NCBI GenBank assembly: GCA_963666515.2
Contig: OY762897.2
Span: 2,336,001 to 2,400,000 of the forward strand
Length of the DNA stretch: 64,000 bases
Direction: 5' to 3'
Origin: Candidatus Binatia bacterium
GTDB taxonomy: Bacteria; Desulfobacterota; Binatia; UBA9968; JAJDTQ01
Below are positions 9,839 through 20,007 of this stretch, in pieces; positions within the stretch are counted from its first letter, which is position 1; the number at the start of each line of letters is the position of its first letter. The notes beneath the pieces were generated by a model. It searched no databases and was not told where the DNA came from. It saw only the letters and a program-made list of their open reading frames with translations. The translations under genes were made by a program, and so were the position numbers.

Positions 9839-9952
9839 GTCCTTCGACTTCGCTCGGCTACGCCTCGCTACGCTCAGGACGAGCGGTTGTAGGGACCATT
9901 GGCCGTTCGTCCTGAGCGTAGCGGAGCGTAAGCGAAGCGAAGTCGAAGGACG
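9839..9952. repeat. Inverted pair of REP-like elements (long hairpin)
   Basis: GTCCTTCGACTTCGC...GCTACGCTCAGGACGAGCGG / CCGTTCGTCCTGAGCGTAGC...GCGAAGTCGAAGGAC. Confidence 0.85.
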
Positions 9953-9960
9953 CCATCTTC

Positions 9961-11706
9961 TCAAATCGCCTGTATGATCACGTCCACCAGCGCCGGCTTG
10001 CGCTCTTCCTTGACCACGGCCAGCGCGCGCCTGACCGCGGGCTGGATGTCTGCGGGGTCCTCCACCGGGCCCTCGCTGTAGACGCCGAAGGACTTGGCCA
10101 GGGTGGCGAAGTCCACCGGCGGCGTCTCCATGCGCATGCCGATGCCCTTGTTCTCCACCGGGCGGCTGCGCGCCACCGCCACCCGCTCCTGGTGCTCCTC
10201 GTCGTTGTAGTAGGTGCGGTTGTTGGTCATAAGCATGAGCAGCGGCACGCTGTAGCTGGCGGCGGTCCAGAGGGCGCTGTTGGTGTACAGCAGGTCGCCG
10301 TCGCGCTGCAGGTCGATGCACACCGTGCCGGTGTCCTTGAGCCCCAGGGCCGCGCCCACCGACGCCCCGGGGGCGTAGCCTAGGCCGCCGCCGCCGTAGC
10401 CGCCGAGGAACGCGTTGGGCTTCTCCCAGTCCCAGAGCCGCCGCGGCCAGCCGCGGAACGCCCCGGCCACCAGTGTCCAGTCCTCGTCCTTGACGACCTC
10501 CCATATCTCCTGGGCCATGCGCGGCGGCGAGATGGGGCGCTCGTCCCAGCGCTTGCGCAGCATGGCCTGGCTCTCTTCGCGGATCGCCCGGTGGCGCTGC
10601 TCCAGCGCCCGGCAGCGGTCATCCTTAACGGATTGCTCCGGGCCGCCACGCCGCTTGACCGCCTCGGTCAGCGCGGGCACGAACACGCTCGTATCGGCCA
10701 GGATGGGCAGGTCCACGGGCGACAGCTCCATGAACTCGGTGGACCAGCTCTTGATGGCGAAGTCCGCCAACGTCACGTTGATGATCTTGCAGCCGGGCTG
10801 GAACGCGGGCTCCGAGGTCTGCGTCCTGGCGTCGTGCCGGTGCAGCGCGCCGTAGAGGTCCATGACGTCAAGCCCCAGGATGACGTCGGCCTCGGCCACC
10901 ATCTCCTTCTCCTTGCCGCTCAGGTCCAGCGGGTGGGTGTTGGGGAAGTTGTGGCGCGCGCCCCGGTCCACCACCGGCGCACCCAAGGCCTCCGCAAACT
11001 CCACCAGCGAGAGCATGGACTTGGGATTACGTCCCAGATAGTCGGCGATGATGAGCGGGTTTTGCGCTTCGCACAGCCACGTGGCAGCTTCCTCGATGGC
11101 GCCCTGCTCGGCCTGGAGCGGAACGGGTGGCCGGAAGCGGTCCGGCGCCGGCATGCCGGACGCCATGGCCTCCGGCAGCCGCGACTCCTGCAGGTCGAGG
11201 TCGAAGCACACGTAGACCGGGCCCTTGGGCTCGGTCATGGCCACCCGGTAGGCGCGCAGGATGGAGTTGGGCAAGGCGCCCAGGCTCATGGGCTGGTCGT
11301 CCAGCTTGACGATGTCGCGCACGAAGTTGCCCTGCACCAGCGCCGTGTGGATCCAGTCGATCCAGGGCCGCCGCTTGGTGGTGTCCATGGGTCCGGTGCC
11401 CCCCAGGACCAGCACCGGCGTCTTGTCGCACCAGGCGTTGTAGATTGCCATGGAGGCGTGCTGGAGCCCCACGACGTCATGCACGATGGCCGCCATGGGC
11501 TCGCCGGTGGCCTTGGCGTAGCCGTGGGCCACGGCCACGGCGATCTCCTCGTGGCAACAGACGATCATCTCCGGGTTCTTGTTGTGGTTGTAGTTCACCA
11601 GCGAATCGTGGATGCCGCGAAAGCTCGCCCCGGGGTTCAGCGCCGCGTACTTGATCCCCAGGCTCTTGAGCATGTCCACGATCAGGTCGGAGCCGTATTC
11701 CGCCAT
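9961..11706 (-). CDS. Thiamine pyrophosphate-dependent enzyme (benzoylformate decarboxylase/acetolactate synthase superfamily)
   Basis: NPGASFRG, HEEIAVAVAHGYAK, DGDLLY...NN TPP motif; GAGGAG RBS before MAEYGSD. Confidence 0.9.
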   Translation of the reverse strand: MAEYGSDLIVDMLKSLGIKYAALNPGASFRGIHDSLVNYNHNKNPEMIVCCHEEIAVAVAHGYAKATGEPMAAIVHDVVGLQHASMAIYNAWCDKTPVLVLGGTGPMDTTKRRPWIDWIHTALVQGNFVRDIVKLDDQPMSLGALPNSILRAYRVAMTEPKGPVYVCFDLDLQESRLPEAMASGMPAPDRFRPPVPLQAEQGAIEEAATWLCEAQNPLIIADYLGRNPKSMLSLVEFAEALGAPVVDRGARHNFPNTHPLDLSGKEKEMVAEADVILGLDVMDLYGALHRHDARTQTSEPAFQPGCKIINVTLADFAIKSWSTEFMELSPVDLPILADTSVFVPALTEAVKRRGGPEQSVKDDRCRALEQRHRAIREESQAMLRKRWDERPISPPRMAQEIWEVVKDEDWTLVAGAFRGWPRRLWDWEKPNAFLGGYGGGGLGYAPGASVGAALGLKDTGTVCIDLQRDGDLLYTNSALWTAASYSVPLLMLMTNNRTYYNDEEHQERVAVARSRPVENKGIGMRMETPPVDFATLAKSFGVYSEGPVEDPADIQPAVRRALAVVKEERKPALVDVIIQAI

Positions 11707-11722
11707 GTCATCTCCTCGTTGA

Positions 11723-12508
11723 TTACTCTCCGCGCCACTGCGGCGCGCGCTTCTCCACAAAGGCCCGCGCGCCTTCCTTGACGTCCGAGGTGGTCCTGAG
11801 CAGCGCCGAGAGGTCGGTCTCCAGGCGCAGGCCGTCGTCCAGCGACATCTCGTAGCCCTGGCGCACGGCCTCCTTGGCGAACACCACCGCGATCGGCGCC
11901 TTGGTGGCGATGGCCCGGGCGTATTCCTCGGCCGCGGCCATGAGCTGGTCGCGCGGCACCACCTTGTTCACGAGGCCGATGCGGCAGGCTTCCTCGGCGT
12001 CGATGACGCGGCCGGTGATGATCAGCTCCAGTGCCTTGCCGAGTCCCACCACCCGCGAGAGACGCTGGGTGCCGCCGCTCCCCGGGATCATCCCGCGGGA
12101 GACCTCCGGCAGGCCCACCTTGGCGCCTTCCACCGCCACCCGGATGTCGCAGGCCAGCGCCAGCTCGCAGCCGCCGCCCAGGGCGAAGCCGTTGATGGCC
12201 GCGATCACCGGCTTGTTGAGCCGGGCGATCAGTTCGGTGTCGCCGACTTCCATCTTCGCCTGCCGCGCCGCCACCACGCCCACCTTCTCCTGGGCCGCCT
12301 CCTTGAGGTCCCGGCCGGCCGAGAACGACCGCTCTCCCGCGCCGGTGAGGATCACTACTCGCACCTCCGGGTCCGACCGAATCGCCGTCACCGCGTCGAT
12401 AAGCTCCTCCCGCATCTGCCGGTTGCGCGCGTTCAGCACCTCCGGGCGGTTCAACGTCACGTACGCGATGCCGTCCTTCCGCTCGAATATGATTGCTTTG
12501 TAGTCCAT
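11723..12508 (-). CDS. Enoyl-CoA hydratase/isomerase
   Basis: LNRPEVLNA, FSAGRDL, GGGCELALACD, GLPEV (both catalytic Glu). Confidence 0.93.
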   Translation of the reverse strand: MDYKAIIFERKDGIAYVTLNRPEVLNARNRQMREELIDAVTAIRSDPEVRVVILTGAGERSFSAGRDLKEAAQEKVGVVAARQAKMEVGDTELIARLNKPVIAAINGFALGGGCELALACDIRVAVEGAKVGLPEVSRGMIPGSGGTQRLSRVVGLGKALELIITGRVIDAEEACRIGLVNKVVPRDQLMAAAEEYARAIATKAPIAVVFAKEAVRQGYEMSLDDGLRLETDLSALLRTTSDVKEGARAFVEKRAPQWRGE

Positions 12509-12552
12509 GCGTCTTATTTACTCCTTTCCGTCCCGTGAAAACAGCCGTACCG

Positions 12553-15015
12553 TCAGAACGCTCCGGCGGCCTCCAACGCGCGAATCTCCTCGTCGGTCAG
12601 TCCGAGCAAGCCGCTCAGGACCGTGTGGGTGTCCTGGCCCAGCAAGGGAGCGTGACGGCGAATCTCCCCCGGCGTCTCCGACAGCTTCATCACGATGCCC
12701 GGCAGCGTGAGCCGGCCCTGACGCGGATGCTCGTGCTCGACCACCGAGTCGCGAGAACGCAGGTGCGGGTCGTTGACGAGGGTGGTGCCGTCCGACACCA
12801 TCCCCGCGGTCACGCCGTGAGCCTGGAACGTCTCCATGACCTCGCGGGGACTCCGCTGCACGGTCCATTCGGACACCAGAGCGTCCAGATCCTCGGCGTT
12901 GGCCCGGCGCCCCGCCACGGTGGCGAAGCGCTCGTCTCTCAGCGTCCCGCCGTTTCCCGTCACCGCGCAGAAGCGTTGCCACTCCGCATCGTCTTCCACG
13001 GAGATGGCACACCACGCGTCATCGCCCCGGCACGGGTAACAGCCGTGGGGCGCGCCCGCGTAGCCGCGGTTCCCCATAGGCGCCGTGGCGCGTCCGTTGA
13101 CCAGCCCGTCCAGCAGCGCCGGTCCGATGAGCGACGCGGTGACCTCGCCCTGGGCGATGTCGATGAACTGCCCCTCCCCGCTGTTGGCGCGGTGATGCAA
13201 CGCGGCCATGAGCACGAAGGCCATGTGAATCGAGACGATGTAGTCGGGGTAGGAGGTCTGCGACCCCACCGGCGCGCCGCGGTCCGGGTGGTTCCACAGC
13301 CAGGTCATGCCGGAGAACGGCATCAGGCTGGGCCCCCAGGTCACGTAGTTCTTCCGCGGGCCGGTGGTGCCGAGTCCCTGGAGCCGGATCATGATGATGT
13401 CCGGCTTGAGCGCCCGAAGCTCCTCGTAGCCCAGCCCCAGACGGTCCATGACCCCGACGCTGAAGTTCTCCACCACCACGTCGCTCTCGGCGATGATGCG
13501 GCGCGCCACCTCCCTGCCCTCTTCGGTCTTGAGATTGGCGGTGACCGACAGCTTGTTGCGGTTGTGGTCGGCGAAGGGCAGCGACGCCTCCACGTCCTTG
13601 TTGCCCTCCCGGATGCGCCAGGTGTCCGGCCGGGTCCGGGACTCGATCTTGATCACCTCGGCGCCGAAGTAGGCAAGCTGCATGGTGCCGTAGGGGCCTG
13701 CGACCATGTGGGTGAAATCCGCGACGCGAATGCCGGCCAGGGGCAGAGCGCCCGGCGGCGCGCCGTTCCCCGCCGCGGCCGTGTCCCGGGCCGACGGCTC
13801 CGGCAGCCCGCGGGAGCCCGCCGGTCCGGCTCGATGCACATGCTCGTGCGCCGGTTTCTCCTCGTCAAGCAACTCCCGGTCGTGCTCTCCGACAGCCGGA
13901 GCGTGACGCCGGAACCGCCAGCTATCGGTCTTGTAGGCCCGGCCCGGGAATTCGATGGGACCCAACCGCGGGTGCACCGTATCGACGACGAAACCGCGGG
14001 ACTCGATGTGGCGGTCGCGCACGAACTCCAGCGGCGTGTTCACCGGCGCGCACGGGATGTGGCGGTCCTGCAACTCCTCGTAGACCTTTTCCTTGGGAAG
14101 CCCCGCCAGGATCCCCGACACCACCCGGTCCACCTCGGCGACGTGAGCGCGGCGGTAGACCGGATCGTTGAACTCGTCGCCGGTCAGCGCCTCCGGCAGC
14201 CCGAGCCAGTCCACGAAACGGCCCCAGGCTCCCGGCTGGGAGTTGGTGACGAAGATGTGCACGTAGCCGTCGCGGCAGCGGTAGATGGTGCCGGGTGTGG
14301 CGAAGCGGTGCTGGGTGCCGTCACGGCGGGGATGCACTCCGGTGGACGCCGAACGCGACACCATGTTCTCCATGGCCGCCAGGCAGTCCATCATGGAAAC
14401 GTCGATGTGCTGTCCGGCGCCGCGCTGCCGCACGCGCCACAGCGCCATGAGGATCGCCAGGGCGGCATGGGCGGAACCCACCAGGAAGGCCTGGGCGCCG
14501 GGCGCGTTCACCGGCGGCGCCGTCGGCTTGCCGCTGACGTACATGAGCCCGCCCATGGCGAACGCCACCAGGCCGGACCAGCGGTATCCGCTGTAGGGGC
14601 CAGTCTGGCCGAAGGCCGTGACCGACGCATAGAGCAGCCGCGGGTTGGCCGGCTTGAGATCCTCGTATCCCAATCCCATGTCTGCCAGCGTGCCGGGTAC
14701 GGCGCTCTCCACCACCACGTCCGCGGTCCGCGCCAGGCGCCGGACTCGCTCCCGGCCCGCCTCGGTGTCGAGGTCCACGGTGACGCTCTTCTTGTTGGCG
14801 TTGAAATAGAGGAAGGGAAGGCTCCGGTCCGGTCCCGGCCGGTCGTCCTTGAACGGGGGCTCGGCGCGCGAAGGACTGCCTTCGGGCGGCTCCACCTTGA
14901 TCACCTCGGCGCCGAAGTCCGCCAGGAGCTTGCCGCAGTACTCGCCCTCGGCGCCCGCCAGTTCCAGGACCCTGACGCCGTTCAGCGCCTGCGGTGCGGT
15001 ACGCTGCTCCGCCAT
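12553..15015 (-). CDS. Fused two-domain class III CoA-transferase (CaiB/BaiF)
   Basis: Two GAEVIK motifs and two HAP..G.. ends with a Pro/Ala/Gly linker; start MAEQRT; the longer ORF-track start runs through a REP element. Confidence 0.9.
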   Translation of the reverse strand: MAEQRTAPQALNGVRVLELAGAEGEYCGKLLADFGAEVIKVEPPEGSPSRAEPPFKDDRPGPDRSLPFLYFNANKKSVTVDLDTEAGRERVRRLARTADVVVESAVPGTLADMGLGYEDLKPANPRLLYASVTAFGQTGPYSGYRWSGLVAFAMGGLMYVSGKPTAPPVNAPGAQAFLVGSAHAALAILMALWRVRQRGAGQHIDVSMMDCLAAMENMVSRSASTGVHPRRDGTQHRFATPGTIYRCRDGYVHIFVTNSQPGAWGRFVDWLGLPEALTGDEFNDPVYRRAHVAEVDRVVSGILAGLPKEKVYEELQDRHIPCAPVNTPLEFVRDRHIESRGFVVDTVHPRLGPIEFPGRAYKTDSWRFRRHAPAVGEHDRELLDEEKPAHEHVHRAGPAGSRGLPEPSARDTAAAGNGAPPGALPLAGIRVADFTHMVAGPYGTMQLAYFGAEVIKIESRTRPDTWRIREGNKDVEASLPFADHNRNKLSVTANLKTEEGREVARRIIAESDVVVENFSVGVMDRLGLGYEELRALKPDIIMIRLQGLGTTGPRKNYVTWGPSLMPFSGMTWLWNHPDRGAPVGSQTSYPDYIVSIHMAFVLMAALHHRANSGEGQFIDIAQGEVTASLIGPALLDGLVNGRATAPMGNRGYAGAPHGCYPCRGDDAWCAISVEDDAEWQRFCAVTGNGGTLRDERFATVAGRRANAEDLDALVSEWTVQRSPREVMETFQAHGVTAGMVSDGTTLVNDPHLRSRDSVVEHEHPRQGRLTLPGIVMKLSETPGEIRRHAPLLGQDTHTVLSGLLGLTDEEIRALEAAGAF

Positions 15016-15039
15016 CGATTCAACCCTTCCAGACTGACC

Positions 15040-15146
15040 GCGTCCTTCGACTTCGCGACGCTTCACGTCGCTACGCTCAGGACGAACGGATGTGGTAGCC
15101 TTTTCTCCGTTCGTCCTGAGCGTAGCGGAGCGAAGTCGAAGGACGC
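15040..15146. repeat. Inverted pair of REP-like elements
   Basis: GCGTCCTTCGACTTCGC...GCTACGCTCAGGACGAACGG / CCGTTCGTCCTGAGCGTAGC..GCGAAGTCGAAGGACGC. Confidence 0.85.
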
Positions 15147-15181
15147 CATTTCGCTGGTCTTGGAAATTCTCGGACAGGTTC

Positions 15182-16303
15182 CTAGCCGCGCCGGTCGAGC
15201 GGCTGGAACTCCAGGCCCGTGGCCCCCACGTAACGCGAGTTGGGACGGAACAGGCGGTTGTTGTCGATCTGCTCGATGATGTGCGCCGACCAGCCAACCA
15301 CCCGGCTCATGGCGAAGATGGGGGTGTTGAGGGCGATGGGAATCTTCATCATGTGGTAGATGGGCGCGGCGTAGAAGTCCACGTTGGGGCACAGGTTCTT
15401 CTCCCGCCACATCACCTCCTCGACGGTGATGCAGATGTCGCTCAGCCGGGTGTCGTCGAGCTGCTTGCCGAGCAGCGCGCCCCACTTCTTGGCCACCACC
15501 ACGCGTGAATCCGCGGTCTTGTAGATGCGGTGGCCGAATCCCATCACGCGCTTCTTCTGCCGCAGGCTCTCCTCCACCCAGGCCTCGGCCCGGTCGGGCT
15601 CGCCGATCTCCAGGATGACGTCCATGGCCTTCTCGTTAGCGCCGCCGTGGAGCGGCCCCTTGAGGGCGGCGATGGCGCCCACCACCGCGCCGTACAGGTC
15701 CGCCAGCGTGGAAGCGATCACCCGGGCGGTGAACGTCGAGGCGTTGAACTCGTGCTCCATGTAGAGGATCAGCGTCACCTCCAGCACCCTGGCCTCGAAC
15801 TCGTCCGGCCGCTCGCCGCGCAGCATGTAGAGGAAGTTGGCCGCGTGGTTGAGCCCGGGGTCCGGCGCAACCACATCGAGCCCCTGGGAGAGCCGGTGCA
15901 GCGCCGCCACCACGGTGGCCAGCCGCGCCAGCAGCCGGGTGGCCTTCCTCAGGTTGGCGTCGCGGGAGTCGTCTCCGGCGTCCGGGTCGTAGAGCGCCAG
16001 CGTCGATACGGCGGTGCGCAGGGCGTCCATGGGGACCGCGTCCGACGGGAGCAGCTCGAGACTCTCCACCACGCCCGGCGGCAGCGCCCGTTGCGAGCGC
16101 AGCTCCTTGTCGAACGCTTCCAGCTCGGCACGGGTGGGAAGCCTGCCGAACAACACGAGGTAGGCCACCTCCTCGAAGCTCGCCTGCTCGGCCAGGTCGT
16201 GCACGTCGTAGCCGCGGTAGACCAACTCGCCCTCCGGGCGCACCGAACAGATGGCCGTCTCGCCGGCCACCACCCCCTCCAGACCGGGCTTTACCTCTGA
16301 CAT
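15182..16303 (-). CDS. Citrate/2-methylcitrate synthase family protein
   Basis: GLEGVVAGET, EHEFNASTF, GPLHGGANE, GFGHRIYK, PNVDFY. Confidence 0.93.
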   Translation of the reverse strand: MSEVKPGLEGVVAGETAICSVRPEGELVYRGYDVHDLAEQASFEEVAYLVLFGRLPTRAELEAFDKELRSQRALPPGVVESLELLPSDAVPMDALRTAVSTLALYDPDAGDDSRDANLRKATRLLARLATVVAALHRLSQGLDVVAPDPGLNHAANFLYMLRGERPDEFEARVLEVTLILYMEHEFNASTFTARVIASTLADLYGAVVGAIAALKGPLHGGANEKAMDVILEIGEPDRAEAWVEESLRQKKRVMGFGHRIYKTADSRVVVAKKWGALLGKQLDDTRLSDICITVEEVMWREKNLCPNVDFYAAPIYHMMKIPIALNTPIFAMSRVVGWSAHIIEQIDNNRLFRPNSRYVGATGLEFQPLDRRG

Positions 16304-16467
16304 GAGTGCCTCCTTGAACGGCGCCGCTCGACGGCGCCCCGAATTCTCCCGGCAAGCACTACCGGACAATTACTTCAATAAAGAACGGCGTTCAACCGAG
16401 GTCAACCGGCCCTGCGAGTTCCGGCCCGGCACCCGGCAAGAAGCCGCAACGACGGAAAAGCCGCGCA

Positions 16468-17607
16468 TCAAACAGCCCCGGCCTTGCGCAGTTCCCGTAT
16501 CTGGGCAGAGGTGTAGCCGAGCGCCTTGAGAACTGCGCTGGTGTGCTGGCCCACGCGGCAGACCTTCCCTCCGGGCTTCCGCGCCCCGGCGAACCAGAAC
16601 GGCGGCGTGAACTCGACGGCGCCGGTGCTCTTGCTTGGGGCCAGCGTCTTGCGGAAACGGACGTGGGGATCCTCCAGCACCTCCTCGGGCTCGTAGACCG
16701 GCGCCGCCGAAAGACGGTAGTCGTTGCGGAGAACCTTCACCCAGTGGTCGCGGGGCCGGGTCTTGAAGACGCGGCGCATGGCCGCCTTGATCCTGGGCGT
16801 CTTGACCGGGTCCACGACCGAGTCCACGTACCGTTCCAGTCCCAGAGCCTTGCACAGGAGAGCCCATTCCTTGGGCCCCAGGGCCGCCAGCGACACGAAC
16901 CCGCCGTCCGCGGCCGCGTAGGTGTCGTAGCAGGCTGCGGTGCCCGCCAGTGTGGCGTGCTCGCGCTTGACCACCGGCCGGGAGCGCCGGGGCGGCGGCT
17001 CCAGCATCAGGTAGCGCGCCACCATGAGCAGGGTCCAGTCGAACATGGAGATGTCGATGTAGCGTCCCTCTCCGTCCCGGAGCACCGCGATATAGGCGGC
17101 GAGGATGGCGGCGAAGGCCGGATATCCGCCGCCGGCCACGTCGGCCACCTGGGCCGCGGGCGGCAGCGGCCTTCGCCCGGCCTCCCGGCCGATGCCGAGC
17201 ATTCCGCTCAACGCCAGGAAGTTGATGTCGTGAGCCGAATACTCCACTGACGGGCCGGATTGGCCGAAGCTCGATATGGAGCAGTACACGAGTTTGGGGT
17301 TCAGCTCCCGGAGCGTCTCGTAGTCCACCCGCAGCCGTCGCGCCACACCGGGCCGGAAACCTTCCAGCACGATGTCGGACGCCTTCGCCAGCTTGTAAAG
17401 GACCTCCAGCCCCGCGTCGGTCTTGAGGTTGAGAGCGATGCTCTTCTTGCCCTGGTTGAGGAAAGGCGCTCCCGTGCGCACCGCCCCCGGCGCCTCCACC
17501 TTGAGGATCTCCGCCCCCAGCGCCGCCAGCAGCCACGTGCACAGCGTGCCCGGGTACATGTGGCTCAGGTCCAGGACCTTGACACCGTGTAAAATCGGTT
17601 TGGACAT
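16468..17607 (-). CDS. Class III CoA-transferase / alpha-methylacyl-CoA racemase-like
   Basis: GAEILKVE, EGFRPGV, AHDINF, VADVAGG (His and Asp of AMACR-like site). Confidence 0.88.
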   Translation of the reverse strand: MSKPILHGVKVLDLSHMYPGTLCTWLLAALGAEILKVEAPGAVRTGAPFLNQGKKSIALNLKTDAGLEVLYKLAKASDIVLEGFRPGVARRLRVDYETLRELNPKLVYCSISSFGQSGPSVEYSAHDINFLALSGMLGIGREAGRRPLPPAAQVADVAGGGYPAFAAILAAYIAVLRDGEGRYIDISMFDWTLLMVARYLMLEPPPRRSRPVVKREHATLAGTAACYDTYAAADGGFVSLAALGPKEWALLCKALGLERYVDSVVDPVKTPRIKAAMRRVFKTRPRDHWVKVLRNDYRLSAAPVYEPEEVLEDPHVRFRKTLAPSKSTGAVEFTPPFWFAGARKPGGKVCRVGQHTSAVLKALGYTSAQIRELRKAGAV

Positions 17608-17779
17608 GCGGCCTCCGTGGTTCGTCAGGCATTGATAGAAACACGGGTAGTGACGTTCGACAAGCAGCGGCGCCGCCTCGACTCTCCCACCGGCGTCGTT
17701 GTTGAAAAGGCCTGCTGACTGGTCTATCGTACCCTCCGTAAATCGGGTGAGATATGTCTATCCAACAAGGAGAACTATC

Positions 17780-18823
17780 ATGTTTCAACGAATGGCATGG
17801 ATCGGGCTCATCATGGCCGCACTGCTGGCGTCCGCAAGCGCCGCGGCGGCCACGTCGTTCTACGAAGGCAAGACGGTCAAGATCGTGTCCGTGCACTCCC
17901 CGGGCGGCGGCTACGACACCTACTCCCGCCTCTTCGCCCGGCACCTGGGCAACCACATACCCGGGAAGCCCAAGGTCATCGTCATCAACATACCCGGCGG
18001 CAGCGGGCTCGTCGGCACGAACTACGTGTTCAACGTAACGAAGCCGGACGGCCTCACCCTCGTCCAGCCGAGCTGGAACCTGGCGCAGGCGCAGTTCCTG
18101 AACTTCCCCGGGATCAAGTACGACGTGAACAAGTTCATCTGGCTGGGACTGGCCAACGCCGGCCCGGTCACCGCGGTGGTGCGCAAGGGCTCGCCGATCC
18201 AGAGCATGGACGACTGGCTGAATCCCAAGACGAAAACGCTGATCTTCGGCTGCACGTCGCGCAACAGCCCCACCTGCAGCATCCCCCTTGCCATGAACGA
18301 CATCTTCGGCCCCACCACGTCCAAGATCGTCGCCGGCTACAAGGGCACCGCGCCCATCCGGGCCGCGCTCCTGCAGAAAGAAGTGGACGCCCTCACGGGG
18401 TGGAGCTGGGACTCGGTGAAGTCCACCGGCATGTCCATGATCGACGACGGCGAGGCCAAGATCATCGCCTACCTCGGCGAGGAACGCCATGCGGAGTTGG
18501 AGGAGCGGAAGGTGCCGTACCTGAACCCCAGGATCACCAAGGCGGCCGACATCGCGTTCATGAAGGTGCTGATGCTGCCGGCGGCCATGCTGCGACCCTG
18601 GGCGCTGCCTCCGGGGACTCCGAAGGACAAGGTCCAGACCATGCAGGCCGCGTTCAACAACACGCTCAAGGACCCCGGCTTCCTGAAGGACGCCAAGCGC
18701 ACACGGCTGGACATCAACCCCAAGAGCGGCGAGTACCTCGTGAACCTCATGAACGACATGAAGAAGCGCATGACGCCGGAGATCACCAGCCGGGCGCGGA
18801 AGATCATCGGCCTGGACAAGTAG
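17780..18823 (+). CDS. TctC/Bug family substrate-binding protein, paralogue 1
   Basis: Signal peptide, SPGGGYDT, NIPGGSG, GYKGT, PPGTP; AAGGAG RBS. Confidence 0.9.
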   Translation: MFQRMAWIGLIMAALLASASAAAATSFYEGKTVKIVSVHSPGGGYDTYSRLFARHLGNHIPGKPKVIVINIPGGSGLVGTNYVFNVTKPDGLTLVQPSWNLAQAQFLNFPGIKYDVNKFIWLGLANAGPVTAVVRKGSPIQSMDDWLNPKTKTLIFGCTSRNSPTCSIPLAMNDIFGPTTSKIVAGYKGTAPIRAALLQKEVDALTGWSWDSVKSTGMSMIDDGEAKIIAYLGEERHAELEERKVPYLNPRITKAADIAFMKVLMLPAAMLRPWALPPGTPKDKVQTMQAAFNNTLKDPGFLKDAKRTRLDINPKSGEYLVNLMNDMKKRMTPEITSRARKIIGLDK

Positions 18824-18887
18824 CCGGGCGTTAAACAGTATTCGGCTGGCAACGATATTCGGACTGGAGAAACAGGAGGCTATCAAC

Positions 18888-19928
18888 ATGTTCCTGCGAC
18901 GAATGTTCATGGGCCTCGTCGTGGCCGTCATGGCGGCCGGTGGCGGGGCCGCCGGGGCCGCGTCCTTCTACGAGGGCAAGACGGTCAAGATCATCTCGGT
19001 TAGCTCCCCGGGAGGCGGTTACGACACCTACTCGCGGCTGTTCGCGCGTCACTTGGGGAAGCATATCCCGGGCAAGCCCAACGTCATCGTCATCAACATC
19101 CCCGGCGGCAGCGGGCTCATCGGCACCAACTACGTGTACAACATCACCAAGCGGGACGGCCTTGCCCTCGTGCACCCCACCTGGACCGTGGCGCAGGCCC
19201 AGTTCCTGAACTTTCCGGGGATCCGGTACGACGTCAACCAGTTCATCTGGCTGGGGCTCGCCAATACCAGCCCCATCACCGTGGCGGTGCGCAAGGGCTC
19301 GCCCATCCAGAGCATGGACCAGTGGCTCGACACCAAGACCGAGCCGTTGATCTTCGGCTGCACCGCGCGCAACAGCCTGACCTGCAGCATTCCCCTGGCC
19401 ATGAACGACATCTTCGGCAACACCTCCAAGATCGTCCCCGGCTACAAGGGGACGGCGCCGGTGCGCGCGGGGCTGCTGCAGAAGGAGGTGGACGCCCTCA
19501 CCGGATGGACCTGGGACTCGGTGAAGTCCACCGGCATGTCCATGCTCCAGGAGGGCTCCATCAAGCTCATCACCTACATCAGCGAGGAAAGTCACCCCGA
19601 GCTTGAAGCGCGTAACGTGCCGCTCCTGAACGAGAGGATCACCAAGCCCGCGGACGTGGCTTTCATGAAGGTCCTGCTCCTTCCGGCCGCCATGGTGCGT
19701 CCCTGGGCGTTGCCGCCGAAGACCCCGAAGGACAGGGTGGCCATCCTGCGCAAAGCCTTCGACGACATCCTGAAGGATCCCGCATTCCTGAAGGACGCCA
19801 AGCGGGCGCGGCTCGACATCAACCCCAGGAGCGGCGAGTACCTTGCGGGCCTCATCGCCGACATGAAGAAGCAGATGACGCCGGAAGTGGTGAGCCGCGC
19901 GCGCCGGATCGTCGGGCTGGACAAATAG
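18888..19928 (+). CDS. TctC/Bug family substrate-binding protein, paralogue 2
   Basis: Tandem duplicate of previous gene with long identical peptide runs. Confidence 0.9.
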   Translation: MFLRRMFMGLVVAVMAAGGGAAGAASFYEGKTVKIISVSSPGGGYDTYSRLFARHLGKHIPGKPNVIVINIPGGSGLIGTNYVYNITKRDGLALVHPTWTVAQAQFLNFPGIRYDVNQFIWLGLANTSPITVAVRKGSPIQSMDQWLDTKTEPLIFGCTARNSLTCSIPLAMNDIFGNTSKIVPGYKGTAPVRAGLLQKEVDALTGWTWDSVKSTGMSMLQEGSIKLITYISEESHPELEARNVPLLNERITKPADVAFMKVLLLPAAMVRPWALPPKTPKDRVAILRKAFDDILKDPAFLKDAKRARLDINPRSGEYLAGLIADMKKQMTPEVVSRARRIVGLDK

Positions 19929-20007
19929 GACCGTTCGAGCAGAGCTTGTGACCGATCCCGGCGGGCCCTGGCACATGGCCGGCAGCCGCCGGGGCAAGGA
20001 GGCAGAC

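Noticed and set aside
15016-15297. N-terminal extension of fused CoA-transferase in ORF track
   Set aside because: Overlaps citrate synthase and a REP pair; homology starts at MAEQRT
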